Of a DNA stretch of 64,000 nt, positions 51,687 to 61,107 are shown one piece after another. The translations under genes and the position numbers were made by a program. Each line of letters opens with the position of its first letter. Position 1 is the first letter of the stretch. The stretch comes from an uncultured Candidatus Saccharibacteria bacterium (GTDB lineage: Bacteria; Patescibacteriota; Saccharimonadia; Saccharimonadales; JAGQNJ01). The notes under the pieces were generated by a model that saw nothing but the letters and a program-made list of their open reading frames with translations, did no database searches and had not been told where the DNA came from. The stretch is from assembly GCA_964426845.1 (NCBI GenBank), contig CAYRSA010000003.1, forward strand, positions 70,751-134,750, written 5' to 3'.

Positions 51687-52334
51687 ATGGCAATCCAAAA
51701 AGAGATACACAAATCATACGAATTCCAAGATTTTGCCGAGGCCATGCGCTTTGTGGGTAAAGTGGCGGATTTGGCTCAGAAGGTAGATCACCACCCGAGG
51801 ATTCAGATTGATTACAACAAGGTTGAGCTGTGGTTCACGACTCATTCAGCTGGCAAGGTGACCGTCAAAGACAAGAATCTGGCTGAACAAGTAGACGGCC
51901 TAGTCCAAGATCGGGCTCCGACCGGTGATTTGCCAACAGAGGTAAAGTTCTTCGGCGACGGTGGCTCTCGGGGTAATCCTGGCCCGGCCGCCGCCGGCTT
52001 TGTGTTAATGGATATGGACGACCACGTCCTAGAAGAAGGCGGCGAGTTCATGGGTATCACTACCAACAACCAGGCCGAGTATCACTCTCTGGAAATGGGG
52101 CTGGAGCGGGCTCTGGAGGCCGGCGTTAAGAAGATTCACGTCCATATGGACAGTCAGCTGGCCATTAGGCAAATCAGCGGTCAATACAAGGTTAGAAGCC
52201 CTGACTTACTACCCAGGTATAAGAATGTGAAGAGTCTGCTGTCTAAATTTGAAGAAGCAACTTGCGTGCACGTGCCGCGGGAGCTCAACAAGCTAGCTGA
52301 CGGCGAGGTTAACCGCATACTAGACAGCGTTTAA
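51687..52334 (+). CDS. Fusion protein: pterin-4a-carbinolamine dehydratase-like domain + RNase HI domain
   Basis: The N-terminal domain has the PCD signature DHHPRIQIDYNKVELWFTTHSAGKVTVKD. The C-terminal domain has RNase H motifs DGGSRGNPGPAA, NNQAEY, DSQLAIRQ and NKLAD. Confidence 0.75.
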   Translation: MAIQKEIHKSYEFQDFAEAMRFVGKVADLAQKVDHHPRIQIDYNKVELWFTTHSAGKVTVKDKNLAEQVDGLVQDRAPTGDLPTEVKFFGDGGSRGNPGPAAAGFVLMDMDDHVLEEGGEFMGITTNNQAEYHSLEMGLERALEAGVKKIHVHMDSQLAIRQISGQYKVRSPDLLPRYKNVKSLLSKFEEATCVHVPRELNKLADGEVNRILDSV

Positions 52335-52340
52335 CAGAGG

Positions 52341-52349
52341 TGGTATAAT
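52341..52349 (+). promoter_or_regulatory. Extended -10 box TGgTATAAT for rnpB
   Basis: tggtataat lies 5-7 nt before the GGGCCAGG 5' end of the RNase P RNA. Confidence 0.5.
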
Positions 52350-52353
52350 GCTT

Positions 52354-52699
52354 GGGCCAGGTTATCGACTAGCTACCTCGGTAAAACGAGGAGGAAAGTC
52401 CGGGCAACATAGGGAATGGCAGTTGCTAACAGCAACCAGAGGTAACTCTAGGGAAAGTGCCACAGAAACTATACTTCCTGGTTCGCCAGGTAAAGGTGAA
52501 AAGAGTGAGGTAAGAGCTCACGATGCGTGCTGGTGACAGTGTGCGATGGTAAACCCTGTCTGTTGCAAGGAACATATTCTATGAACTTCGGTTCCAGTCC
52601 CCGCTGAGAATGTGTGATCAACCGCTCGATCTTTACGGCGACGTAAAGGCTAGATAGATGGCTAGTGATAACAGAACCCGGCTTATAGATAGGCTGGCA
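52354..52699 (+). ncRNA. rnpB: RNase P RNA (bacterial type A-like)
   Basis: Universally conserved P4 strands GAGGAAAGUCCGGGC (near 52391) and ACAGAACCCGGCUUA (near 52670). P1 pairs GCCAGG.. with ..CUGGC. The end coordinates are approximate. Confidence 0.85.
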
Positions 52700-52708
52700 T
52701 ATGAAAAA

Positions 52709-52731
52709 CCACCCCTAACGGAGTGGTTTTT
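52709..52731 (+). terminator. Intrinsic terminator after rnpB
   Basis: CCACCCC-UAAC-GGAGUGG followed by UUUUU. Confidence 0.6.
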
Positions 52732-52783
52732 CTCTTCATATACTAATCCATGAAGCTGAACTAATTGCAGAAAAATTGAATTT

Positions 52784-53554
52784 ATGATAATATATATGAT
52801 TATGCCTCAAGATCATTCTTTTGAAGAGATGCCAAGGAGAGAATCTACTGCCACAGAAAGGCGAAGAATGCCTTCCGGGTCAGTAAATACCAGCAAAGGG
52901 CTGGGTAAATATATCAACGATCTAGGGGCATTAGCTGGGATGAGTCAGGAAGATATGGCCAGGGGCTTAGGTACTTCTCAGCAAACAATCTCTAGAACAA
53001 TTCGTGGATTATCTAAACCTCGTACTGACTCACCACTTGCGTTGGCTTTACAGAAGGAGCTTGGCATAAGCGCAGAAGAAGTTTGGCACCTTATTCGAAA
53101 TCAAGGGCCGTGGAGTGGTGAAAAACATCAAAAGCGAAAAGGCCCTCGTGCACGACAACAACAGACAGGTAGTTTACAAATTATACCTGGTGCGACCGCT
53201 GATCTGGATCCAAAAGACACTAAGGAGATGTGGTTTGCCAAGGGTGTAGTAGATTTTGATGAGAATCGAAGACTACTAAGTACAGTCTTACGCTTTGCAG
53301 AGATTGATGAAGATACAGAACGTATGGATGAGTTACAGTCCGTGCTTGCAGAGGTGCAAGACCTAAGAATCACAGGCGATAGAATTATTGAAACCACTAC
53401 TCCAGACGAGTATGCTAGCCCAGTCGAGAGGGTATTATCGCTCGACGAAGTCTTTAGAGCAAACGATCTCATAGAATCGGCAATTACATATGGAGAGTTT
53501 CGCAAAGTCGAAGCCCACCGGCGCTTTGCTGCCTTCATGGTTTCAGCTTCATAA
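52784..53554 (+). CDS. XRE-family HTH protein with uncharacterised C-terminal domain
   Basis: HTH MSQEDMARGLGTSQQTISRTIRG. 256 aa. The start is ambiguous among several early ATGs. Confidence 0.55.
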   Translation: MIIYMIMPQDHSFEEMPRRESTATERRRMPSGSVNTSKGLGKYINDLGALAGMSQEDMARGLGTSQQTISRTIRGLSKPRTDSPLALALQKELGISAEEVWHLIRNQGPWSGEKHQKRKGPRARQQQTGSLQIIPGATADLDPKDTKEMWFAKGVVDFDENRRLLSTVLRFAEIDEDTERMDELQSVLAEVQDLRITGDRIIETTTPDEYASPVERVLSLDEVFRANDLIESAITYGEFRKVEAHRRFAAFMVSAS

Positions 53555-53588
53555 CCTAGTTTTAGCAGAGCTTCAAAAAGCTACACGG

Positions 53589-53933
53589 CTATTTTGAAGC
53601 GGCTCTGACGACTTCAGCGAAGGCTTTGGGTTCGTTGACGGCTAGCTCAGCCAGGACCTTACGGTCTAGAGAGATGTTGGCTTTCTTGAGACCAGCAATC
53701 AGCTGGCTGTAGGTAGTCCCATTCTGACGAGCGGCGGCGTTGATACGGGTGTTCCAGAGCTGGCGGAAGGTTCGCTTGCGGTTCTTACGGTCGCGGGTAG
53801 CGTTCTGTAAAGACCTAACCACGGCCTGTTTGCCACGGCGCACACTCGAGGTGTGAGCCCGAGTCATACCCTTGGTGGCTTTACGGATTTTCTGATGTCG
53901 TCGGTGGGTGGTAACCCCGCGCTTTACTCGCAT
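53589..53933 (-). CDS. rplT: 50S ribosomal protein L20
   Basis: [22 protein letters not shown].. is typical of L20. 114 aa. Confidence 0.95.
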   Translation of the reverse strand: MRVKRGVTTHRRHQKIRKATKGMTRAHTSSVRRGKQAVVRSLQNATRDRKNRKRTFRQLWNTRINAAARQNGTTYSQLIAGLKKANISLDRKVLAELAVNEPKAFAEVVRAASK

Positions 53934-53936
53934 GTA

Positions 53937-54131
53937 CTAAACTCCTAGTCGTTTCTTTGTTGTCTTAGCTTGCTTGCCGGTTAGGGTTTCCATGCCCGCA
54001 AAGCGTCGCTTGCGTGATTCGCTCTTTTTCTCGAGGTTGTGGTGGCCAGAGGCGTGCCTGAACATGACCTTACCGGTCTTGGTGATTCGAATGCGGTCTT
54101 TGGTTCCGCTATGCGTTTTTTGCTTTGGCAT
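53937..54131 (-). CDS. rpmI: 50S ribosomal protein L35
   Basis: MPKQKTHSGTKDRIRITKTGK.. ATG at 54131 is preferred over the listed start at 54143. Confidence 0.9.
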   Translation of the reverse strand: MPKQKTHSGTKDRIRITKTGKVMFRHASGHHNLEKKSESRKRRFAGMETLTGKQAKTTKKRLGV

Positions 54132-54645
54132 TACTGCTACCACTACTCCTTATTACGAAAATTATCTGTTTGCCGGTCATCTGCGGCGATTGGTCGACAG
54201 CTATTGTATCACCAAATTGGTTAATAATCTTGTCTGCCAGGGCAAATCCCAGATCTTTGTGAGCCAGTTCGCGGCCCCGGAAGAACAAAGTCATCTTAAC
54301 TTTGTGTCCGCCCTCGAGGAAGCCGGCTACTTTTCTGAGCTTTACCTCTAGGTCGTGCTCGCCAATTTTCAGTCCCATCCGCATTTGCTTTAGATCGTGA
54401 GTCTTGACGGCTTTCTTATTCTTTTGTTGCTGTTTTGTGCGCTGGTAGTTGAATTTACCCCAGTCGACAATCTTAGCAACTGGCGGTTTGGCGTTGGGTG
54501 AAATTTCCACCAGGTCCAAGTCCGCATCTTTAGCAAGTTGTAGAGCTTCAGCCCGTGATACCACGCCAAGCTGTTGGCCCTCATCGCCAATAACTCGAAG
54601 TTCTGGTGCCCGAATTTGTTCGTTCAGGCGAACGTGCTTACTGAT
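54109..54645 (-). CDS. infC: Translation initiation factor IF-3 with non-canonical AUC start
   Basis: The conserved N-terminus ISKHVRLNEQIRAPELRVIGDEGQQLG lies upstream of the listed Met. AAGGAG sits 7 nt before ATC at 54645, and an in-frame stop lies at 54703-54705. The listed M at 54564 is an internal GTG. Confidence 0.8.
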   Translation of the reverse strand: MSKHVRLNEQIRAPELRVIGDEGQQLGVVSRAEALQLAKDADLDLVEISPNAKPPVAKIVDWGKFNYQRTKQQQKNKKAVKTHDLKQMRMGLKIGEHDLEVKLRKVAGFLEGGHKVKMTLFFRGRELAHKDLGFALADKIINQFGDTIAVDQSPQMTGKQIIFVIRSSGSSNAKAKNA

Positions 54646-54721
54646 ATCCTTGCTCCTTAGCTCATCTGTTAAACTTGCTTGAACCCAATTGTAGCAAATC
54701 CGTCAACAGAGGTCAACCAGA

Positions 54722-56218
54722 TTATGGCAATATTGGCCGATATTGCAGAGCTTCGGCAATATGTTGAGCCTTAACGGTGTCCGAGTCGTCGATATCAGCA
54801 ATAGTTCGAGCGACCTTCAGAGTGCGCATGTAGGCCCGAGGTGATAGCTCCAGTTGCTGGGCGCCACTGTCCAGGAGACTGCGAGCCTCGTCTTCTAAGT
54901 GGGCTAACCGCTTGACCTCCTTGTTGGTCATGTCGCTATTGTATTTGGAGTGGCCAAAGCGATTGTGCTGATGGGTAATGGCCCGATTGACCTGGTCCAG
55001 GACCTGCCGGGTAGTGACTGGGCCACTGTTCTTGGCCAAGAGCTGGGCGTGCTCGACATTCTCTACGTCAACATAAACATCGATTCGATCTATAATAGGC
55101 CCGGACAATTTACGACGGTAATTGTTCAGCTTAGCCTGCTGGCAAGTGCAAGCCTTAGGAGTGCCATAGTAGCCGCAGGGGCAGGGGTTGGCCGTAGCTA
55201 CCAAGATGAAGTTGGCCGGCAATTGCAAGCTATCGTGGGCTCGTGACAACGTAATTATCCGATCTTCTAGGGGCTGGCGCAGAGATTCGATAACGTTGCG
55301 CTGAAACTCCGGAAACTCATCCAAGAACAACACGCCGTGATGTGCCAGGCTGATCTCGCCGGGCCGTGGTTTAGAGCCACCACCAATGATCGAAGTCTGG
55401 CTGGCGCTGTGATGTGGCGACCTGAAAGGCCGCCTGGTTACTGTCAACTCATAGTTCTTGCCGTGCAGGCTGTGAAGGTGGGTGGCCTCTAGAATTTCCG
55501 CCCGGTTCATCGGTGGCAGGACGGAAATCAGGGCCTTGGCCAGCATGCTCTTGCCAGTGCCCGGCGGACCACTCAGTAAGATGTTGTGTCGACCAGCCGC
55601 GGCAATGGTTAGAGCCCGCTTGGCTTGTTCTTGGCCGATGACATCGGCAAAGTCGACCGGACTGGCAGTAGTCGATTTAGGCAGGACAGACGCGCCGCTT
55701 AAAGCTACCAGGACTTGCTGGCCGTTAAGGTGTAGAAAGACTTGAGACAGCTTTTGGCAAGGGTAAACGTTCAATCCATCTATTAATCGAGCCTGAGCCA
55801 CATTACTTTCTGGAATAAAAGCTGTAGTTAGCCCATTCTGCCTGGCCGACAGTAGCTTGCCAATAAGGCCACGGACCGGTCGAATCGAGCCGTCTAGGCC
55901 CAGTTCCCCGAAGAAACTGGCCTTTCGTGGCACTGGTGGAATGGCTTGGCTGGCCTCTAGAATAGACACGGCAATAGCCAGGTCAAAGCTGGCCTGCTGT
56001 TTGGGAATGTCGGCCGGAGCCAGGTTAATAGTTATTCGTCGCTTTGGGAAGTCCACCGGCAAGCAAGAGAAGGCACTACGAATTCGTTCCTTGGCCTCGT
56101 CGACTGCTTTGCCAGCAAAGCCAACAATGATAATCGATGGCAGGCCACGGGTGGTCTGACATTCAATCTCGGCAACTATGCCATCAAAGCCGTTCTCAAC
56201 AATTGTCTGGACACTCAT
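54722..56218 (-). CDS. comM: Mg-chelatase-like AAA+ protein ComM/YifB
   Basis: 498 aa with an N-terminal Lon-like domain and Walker A GPPGTGKSM. The C-terminal region is typical of YifB. Confidence 0.85.
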   Translation of the reverse strand: MSVQTIVENGFDGIVAEIECQTTRGLPSIIIVGFAGKAVDEAKERIRSAFSCLPVDFPKRRITINLAPADIPKQQASFDLAIAVSILEASQAIPPVPRKASFFGELGLDGSIRPVRGLIGKLLSARQNGLTTAFIPESNVAQARLIDGLNVYPCQKLSQVFLHLNGQQVLVALSGASVLPKSTTASPVDFADVIGQEQAKRALTIAAAGRHNILLSGPPGTGKSMLAKALISVLPPMNRAEILEATHLHSLHGKNYELTVTRRPFRSPHHSASQTSIIGGGSKPRPGEISLAHHGVLFLDEFPEFQRNVIESLRQPLEDRIITLSRAHDSLQLPANFILVATANPCPCGYYGTPKACTCQQAKLNNYRRKLSGPIIDRIDVYVDVENVEHAQLLAKNSGPVTTRQVLDQVNRAITHQHNRFGHSKYNSDMTNKEVKRLAHLEDEARSLLDSGAQQLELSPRAYMRTLKVARTIADIDDSDTVKAQHIAEALQYRPILP

Positions 56219-57154
56219 ACATCCCAGGCTAGCAGGGCAAAATTAAACCATCCTTAACTTGAGCGGGAAATAAAAATAGACGCAGGTCTTTTATGTACTT
56301 GCGCCTATTTTCTTGTGGGTTTTTTGGTTTTGTCTTTTTGTTTGTTCCGTAAGTGTTTGTTATGGAACAACGGCTTGCGAGAAGCCGTTGTTTTTTGTCT
56401 TTTTGTTTTTGAGCACTTTTTTTATTCAAGTGCTGTCCCTATCTTATAAACTGCTTAATTAACTGTCAATAGACTTATGCTTAGATTTTTCATAAAGCTG
56501 TGCATAACTATCGACCTGAATAAGTCTCAAAGGGTAAAAGACCAGGCCAATTTAGTTGTAAACAAGCTCTTTGGAGTGTTGATGAAAGTGCGGATCGACC
56601 GAGCAAACTTTTTATAGGCCCTGATTGTATAAAAGTGACATAAAATAGCTAACCATTAGCCTAAATGTCAGGCTGAGTGCACGATTAGCAGGCAGTAGGA
56701 AATCAGCAGACACCAGACTAGCCGTATAATGCTAGTGCTTAATCCATATGATTATTTGTCATAATTGGCAGGGAATAAGGCGCTTCCTGACATGCTAATG
56801 CAAAGATCTAAATTTTTACAAGTTTAGTACACCGCCAAATAATTCGTGGGACGATCAAAAAAATGTGTCCAGTTTTGTCCGACTTGCTAAGCAGAATAAA
56901 ACACTAGCTGACTTTAAAAAGTCGAGCTTTTAAAATCTTCAAAGGATCCAAACTACAGCATATTTGGGAAATCTGCATGCCACCACAGGAGCCCCGATTT
57001 GACACGGGCAAACAGGCGATTACCCGTATATAAAGACATATAATAACTGCTAGGGCTATAGTTTATTGTTATCTCAACAACGAAACTTATCACCAGAATT
57101 TACTAAAAATTTAGCACTCATATCTGTTAACTGTTAATTGCACAACGATTTTGA

Positions 57155-57183
57155 TTGACAATACACAAGCGGTGTAGTAGTAT
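57155..57183 (+). promoter_or_regulatory. Near-consensus sigma-70 promoter TTGACA-17-TAGTAT
   Basis: TTGACA at 57155-57160 and TAGTAT at 57178-57183. Confidence 0.5.
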
Positions 57184-57189
57184 CTTGGG

Positions 57190-57335
57190 TAGGAGTATAA
57201 AAAACCAAAAGTGTGAAACTTTATAACGCTCAATGCTTGCGAATAGCGGGCTTGAGCGGTCAGTCATAACCAGGACGGTAAGCGCTACAAAAGTAATAAA
57301 TTGTATGAGCGGATTTACCGTCCGGTTTCTTTTTA
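57190..57335 (+). ncRNA. Candidate small RNA bounded by a promoter and an intrinsic terminator
   Basis: Starts about 7 nt after the -10 box. The terminator stem GGACGGUAA (57272-80) pairs with UUACCGUCC (57315-23) and is followed by GGUUUCUUUUU. There is an internal hairpin GCUCAA..UUGAGC and no ORF. The downstream gene has its own TACAAT box after the terminator. Confidence 0.3.
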
Positions 57336-57350
57336 TGTACAATAGTGGTT

Positions 57351-57716
57351 ATGGCTAAGACAGCGAGCAGGGTAATCAGAAAACACCGAAAACAAGTGAT
57401 AATACTAGGTATATTGTATGTTCTCGGCCTGGTTTTTTTTATGAATACCAGCCCAGATGAATTACCGCTGTTACTACTGGTCCTGCCGTTTATCTACATC
57501 TTCCTAGTTTTATATCTGTCGATCTCTTTGGTCTGCCAGATGCTGGCTGTAAAGAGCGCTTTCTTAATCTCGCTGGTGATTGCCGTCTTCGGCGTATTGT
57601 TGTTCGTGCTAGGCTCTCTCCACCAGCTTACGGTTAGAGATATGATTATTAGCCTGGCGCTGACTTGTTTATTAACATGGTACATAACTCGTATCACTGA
57701 TAAGCGAGTTGGATAG
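57351..57716 (+). CDS. Small polytopic membrane protein
   Basis: ATG at 57351 (MAKTASRV) lies 7 nt after TACAAT (57338-57343); the listed GTG at 57345 is an alternative start. 3-4 TM helices. Confidence 0.5.
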   Translation: MAKTASRVIRKHRKQVIILGILYVLGLVFFMNTSPDELPLLLLVLPFIYIFLVLYLSISLVCQMLAVKSAFLISLVIAVFGVLLFVLGSLHQLTVRDMIISLALTCLLTWYITRITDKRVG

Positions 57717-57757
57717 CTGTCGTCTCTGATAGAATCTGATATACTAAATTACAGAGT

Positions 57758-58120
57758 ATGAATCCTCAAAATAACACACCAAACCCAGCTAGCAATCCGG
57801 ACCAAAGTTCGACTGTAACTCCAGTGGATCCTGACCAAACCCAGGCCCAACCAACCGAGCCAGTTTTGGTTGCTCCGCCGCCAGTTTCTCCTAGTCAAGC
57901 ATCCCCAGCGCCAACAGCTAGCCCAGCCGCTCAGACCACCAGTTCGCCACAGATAGCTGACGATAATGACCTGATAGAGAAAGAGTGGGTGGAGAAGGCT
58001 AAGCAGTTAGTAGATAGCACCAAGGCTGATCCCTACACCCAAAATAAAGAAATCAATAAGTTTAAAGCCAGTTATATAAAGAAACGATATAACAAGGATA
58101 TTCAACTTAGCAAAGAATAA
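57758..58120 (+). CDS. Pro/Ser/Thr-rich protein with conserved-looking C-terminal helix region
   Basis: 120 aa with a low-complexity N-terminal half, then DNDLIEKEWVEKAKQLVDSTKADPYTQNKEINKFKASYIKKRY. Confidence 0.45.
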   Translation: MNPQNNTPNPASNPDQSSTVTPVDPDQTQAQPTEPVLVAPPPVSPSQASPAPTASPAAQTTSSPQIADDNDLIEKEWVEKAKQLVDSTKADPYTQNKEINKFKASYIKKRYNKDIQLSKE

Positions 58121-58123
58121 ATC

Positions 58124-61102
58124 ATGGCCGCACTAATCTTTATAATTTTTTCGTTCTTGGCCACGGCTGTAGTTGTCGGTCCAATCATATATTTCCATGC
58201 TCGCAATGTTCTGAGAGAACAGAAGAATTACGAGCGGGGCCTCAAGATGGTCCCCTTGTTGATTCATTTGCCTCCACCTAGTGACGACAAAGAGGCTGGC
58301 CAACGCGATGACCGGGAAGTTGTCGATGAGAATATCTCTAAAGCTCAGATTGTTTACACCATTATCTACAGCACTCTGCAGAAGGGACTAAAAAGCCAGT
58401 TCTACGGACAACGACATTTCTCTTTTGAAATTGTCGGTACTCAAGGGGCAGTCAAGTTATACGCTGCGGTACCCCTTGTCATGGCCGAGGTTGTTACTCA
58501 GGCCATTATCAGCGCCTATCCGGCCGCTCGGCTAGAGGAAGTGCCAGAACATAACATCTTTAGTCCAGTCGGCCACATCAGCGGTACCTCTGGCGGAGAA
58601 TTCACCCTTAAGGAGAACTTTGCATACCCCATCGCAACCTATCAAGATATCAAACGCGACCCCATGCAGTCGCTCTTGAACGCGCTATCAACCCTTGAGA
58701 AAGAAGATGGCGTAGGTATTCAGATCCTGATGCGACCAGCTAATCCTGATTGGCGGAAGGCTGCCTCAGCTGTGGCTAGTAAGAAACGCAAAGGCGGTAA
58801 AGATAAGAAGCCCGGGCAGGTGGCCAGTGGTTGGTTTAAGGAGCTAGTTTGGGCCTTGTGGCAGCCACCAGAAGACAAAAAGAAAGACGGAGAGTCGTCA
58901 AATAGCGACCTGTCTAATCTTGACCAGAACATCCTAGATGCCATAGACGATAAGACCAGGCATGCCGGTTACGAAACTTTAATCCGGGTGGTAGCTTCCT
59001 CTAATGTCACCCAGAAATCCCAGGCCATCCTACGCAGCATTACTTCGGCTTTTGCTTTGTTCGATGCTCCGGGCAAGAATGGTTTCAAGTTCACTCCAGC
59101 TAAAGACATGGAACAGTTCGTGACAGCCTTCATATTGAGGTTTTTTCCACAACAGAATAACCAAAATATCTTGAATGCTGTTGAGCTAGCCACACTTTTC
59201 CACTTCCCAGACCAGAAAAATATCCCGACTTCGCAGCTACAACGACAGGCCTCAAAACAGGTGGACGCTCCTCGTAACATTCCTCAAGAAGGCTTGTTTA
59301 TGGGTTACAACCTTTTCCGGGGTGTTAAGAAGGCTATCAGGATGTCCTTAATGGACCGCCAACGCCACATGTATGTGGTTGGACAAACTGGTACTGGTAA
59401 GTCGACCTTCCTTGAGAATCTGGCTCTGCAAGATATGCTTAACGGCGATGGCTTTGCCTTTATCGATCCCCACGGTGACACGGCTGAGAACTTGCTATCG
59501 ATGGTGCCTAAAGAGCGAACTGAAGATGTAATCTACTTCTGTCCAGCCGATATGGACTATCCGTTAGGACTGAATATGTTCGAGTTTACCAACCACGATC
59601 AGAAGGACTTTATCATTCAAGAGACTCTTAACATGCTGTACAAATTATACGATCCCCAGCGCCAGGGTATTATCGGCCCCCGCTATGAGCAGATTTTTAG
59701 AATGTGTGCGTTGACGGTTATGGCCGATCCTAACGGTGGTACATTCGTAGACATCCCCAAGCTGTTCACAGACAAGCAGTTCGTGGCCGACCGCTTGAAA
59801 TATGTGACCGACCAAAACGTTATCGACTTCTGGCAAAAGGAAATGCCGGCCTCGGAGCGCTCTAACGACTTTGGTGAGCTTAAGGCTTGGTTCGTCAGTA
59901 AATTCGGTGCTTTCTTGTCTAACGAAATGATGCGCAACATTATCGGGCAGTCTAAGAGTTCTTTCAACCTGAGGGAAATCATGGACAACAAGAAAATCCT
60001 GATTGTTAACTTAAGCAAGGGTAAGACCGGTGACTTGAACTCCAAGTTGCTGGGTATGATCTTCGTTATGAAATTCCAGGCGGCGGCCATGAGTCGGGTA
60101 GATACACCAGAGAAGCAGCGTCAGGACTTCTGTTTGTACGTGGATGAGTTCCAAAACTTCTCAACCGATTCGTTTGCTACTATCATGTCTGAAGCCAGGA
60201 AGTTCCACCTTAACCTGATTGTTGCCAACCAGTTTACTACACAGCTAACAGAGGAAATTCGCGACGCCGTCTTTGGTAACGTCGGTACCGTTGTAGCTTT
60301 CCGTATCGGCCAGAATGATATGGAAGCCTTGTCCAAGTACTTTCAGCCGATGTTCGATGCTGACGACTTGCTGCGGGTACCTAACCACAACACCATTGTC
60401 CGCACATTGGTGAACGGTGTGCCAACTAATCCGTTCAGTATGGCCACAGTACCGCCGCTGGGCAACCCTAATCCTAAATTGGGCGATGCTCTTAAACAAT
60501 TATCCGCTGCTAAGTACGGCAAGCCGCGCACCAAAGTTACCGCTGATATCTTTAGCCGTTTGGCGACCAAGACGCCGCCGGCTGCCGCTGGCCGCCCAGT
60601 TCCCGGAGGTCCGGTAGCGCCTGGTGGACTCCAGGCTGGACCCCGTCCGGCTCCAGCTCAAAGATCTTTCCTAGACGATTGGCTAGCCAAGAAGCAGCAG
60701 CCGGCGGCGCCAGGACCTCGGCCACCAGCGCCTAGGCCGGCTCCAGCCCAGTCACCATCGCCGTTGCCGGCTCCGGCTCAACCTATGCCAATGACTCCTG
60801 CTCCAGCCCCGGCTGCCCCAACGCCACCTACGCCGGCTATGCCTAGTGGCTCTGGCGTGCAATATGGGGCCTCTATGGCCGGATCACAGCCAATAACGGC
60901 TTCTGACCAGCAAAAGGTTAATGCCTTGGCTGAGGGGCTTGCAAAGGCCGATAACGGCCAAGTCAGCGACTCGTTAGATAGTGGACATATCAATCTTCGT
61001 ACACAAACACCCGACCAAGATAGTGCTCAAGATACGATCGCCATTGATCATGAAGGAACTCTGTACCATAAAGACGATCAATCAACCCCTACCAAAGAGT
61101 GA
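58124..61102 (+). CDS. VirD4/TraG-family (type IV coupling protein-like) membrane ATPase with Pro-rich tail
   Basis: 992 aa. N-terminal TM helix, Walker A VVGQTGTGKST, FIDPHGD, and the Walker B/TraG-D_C-like region CLYVDEFQNF...RKFHLNLIVANQFTTQL. The last ~200 aa are Pro/Ala-rich. Confidence 0.65.
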   Translation: MAALIFIIFSFLATAVVVGPIIYFHARNVLREQKNYERGLKMVPLLIHLPPPSDDKEAGQRDDREVVDENISKAQIVYTIIYSTLQKGLKSQFYGQRHFSFEIVGTQGAVKLYAAVPLVMAEVVTQAIISAYPAARLEEVPEHNIFSPVGHISGTSGGEFTLKENFAYPIATYQDIKRDPMQSLLNALSTLEKEDGVGIQILMRPANPDWRKAASAVASKKRKGGKDKKPGQVASGWFKELVWALWQPPEDKKKDGESSNSDLSNLDQNILDAIDDKTRHAGYETLIRVVASSNVTQKSQAILRSITSAFALFDAPGKNGFKFTPAKDMEQFVTAFILRFFPQQNNQNILNAVELATLFHFPDQKNIPTSQLQRQASKQVDAPRNIPQEGLFMGYNLFRGVKKAIRMSLMDRQRHMYVVGQTGTGKSTFLENLALQDMLNGDGFAFIDPHGDTAENLLSMVPKERTEDVIYFCPADMDYPLGLNMFEFTNHDQKDFIIQETLNMLYKLYDPQRQGIIGPRYEQIFRMCALTVMADPNGGTFVDIPKLFTDKQFVADRLKYVTDQNVIDFWQKEMPASERSNDFGELKAWFVSKFGAFLSNEMMRNIIGQSKSSFNLREIMDNKKILIVNLSKGKTGDLNSKLLGMIFVMKFQAAAMSRVDTPEKQRQDFCLYVDEFQNFSTDSFATIMSEARKFHLNLIVANQFTTQLTEEIRDAVFGNVGTVVAFRIGQNDMEALSKYFQPMFDADDLLRVPNHNTIVRTLVNGVPTNPFSMATVPPLGNPNPKLGDALKQLSAAKYGKPRTKVTADIFSRLATKTPPAAAGRPVPGGPVAPGGLQAGPRPAPAQRSFLDDWLAKKQQPAAPGPRPPAPRPAPAQSPSPLPAPAQPMPMTPAPAPAAPTPPTPAMPSGSGVQYGASMAGSQPITASDQQKVNALAEGLAKADNGQVSDSLDSGHINLRTQTPDQDSAQDTIAIDHEGTLYHKDDQSTPTKE

Positions 61103-61107
61103 ACCGG

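Noticed and set aside
52348-52536. A 62-aa ORF.
   Set aside because: It lies entirely inside the RNase P RNA gene and includes the GAGGAAAGUCCGGGC P4 strand.
56325-56412. T-rich direct repeats checked as a possible CRISPR or tandem array.
   Set aside because: There are only two copies of a 16-mer of low complexity and no cas genes. No repeat-spacer periodicity occurs anywhere in the window.
57190-57220. An A-rich stretch (AUAAAAAACCAAAAG) resembling the tail of a preQ1-I riboswitch.
   Set aside because: No convincing P1 helix or pseudoknot partner can be drawn. The A-tract falls inside rather than after the only possible stem. The downstream gene is not a recognisable queuosine transporter and has its own promoter after a terminator.
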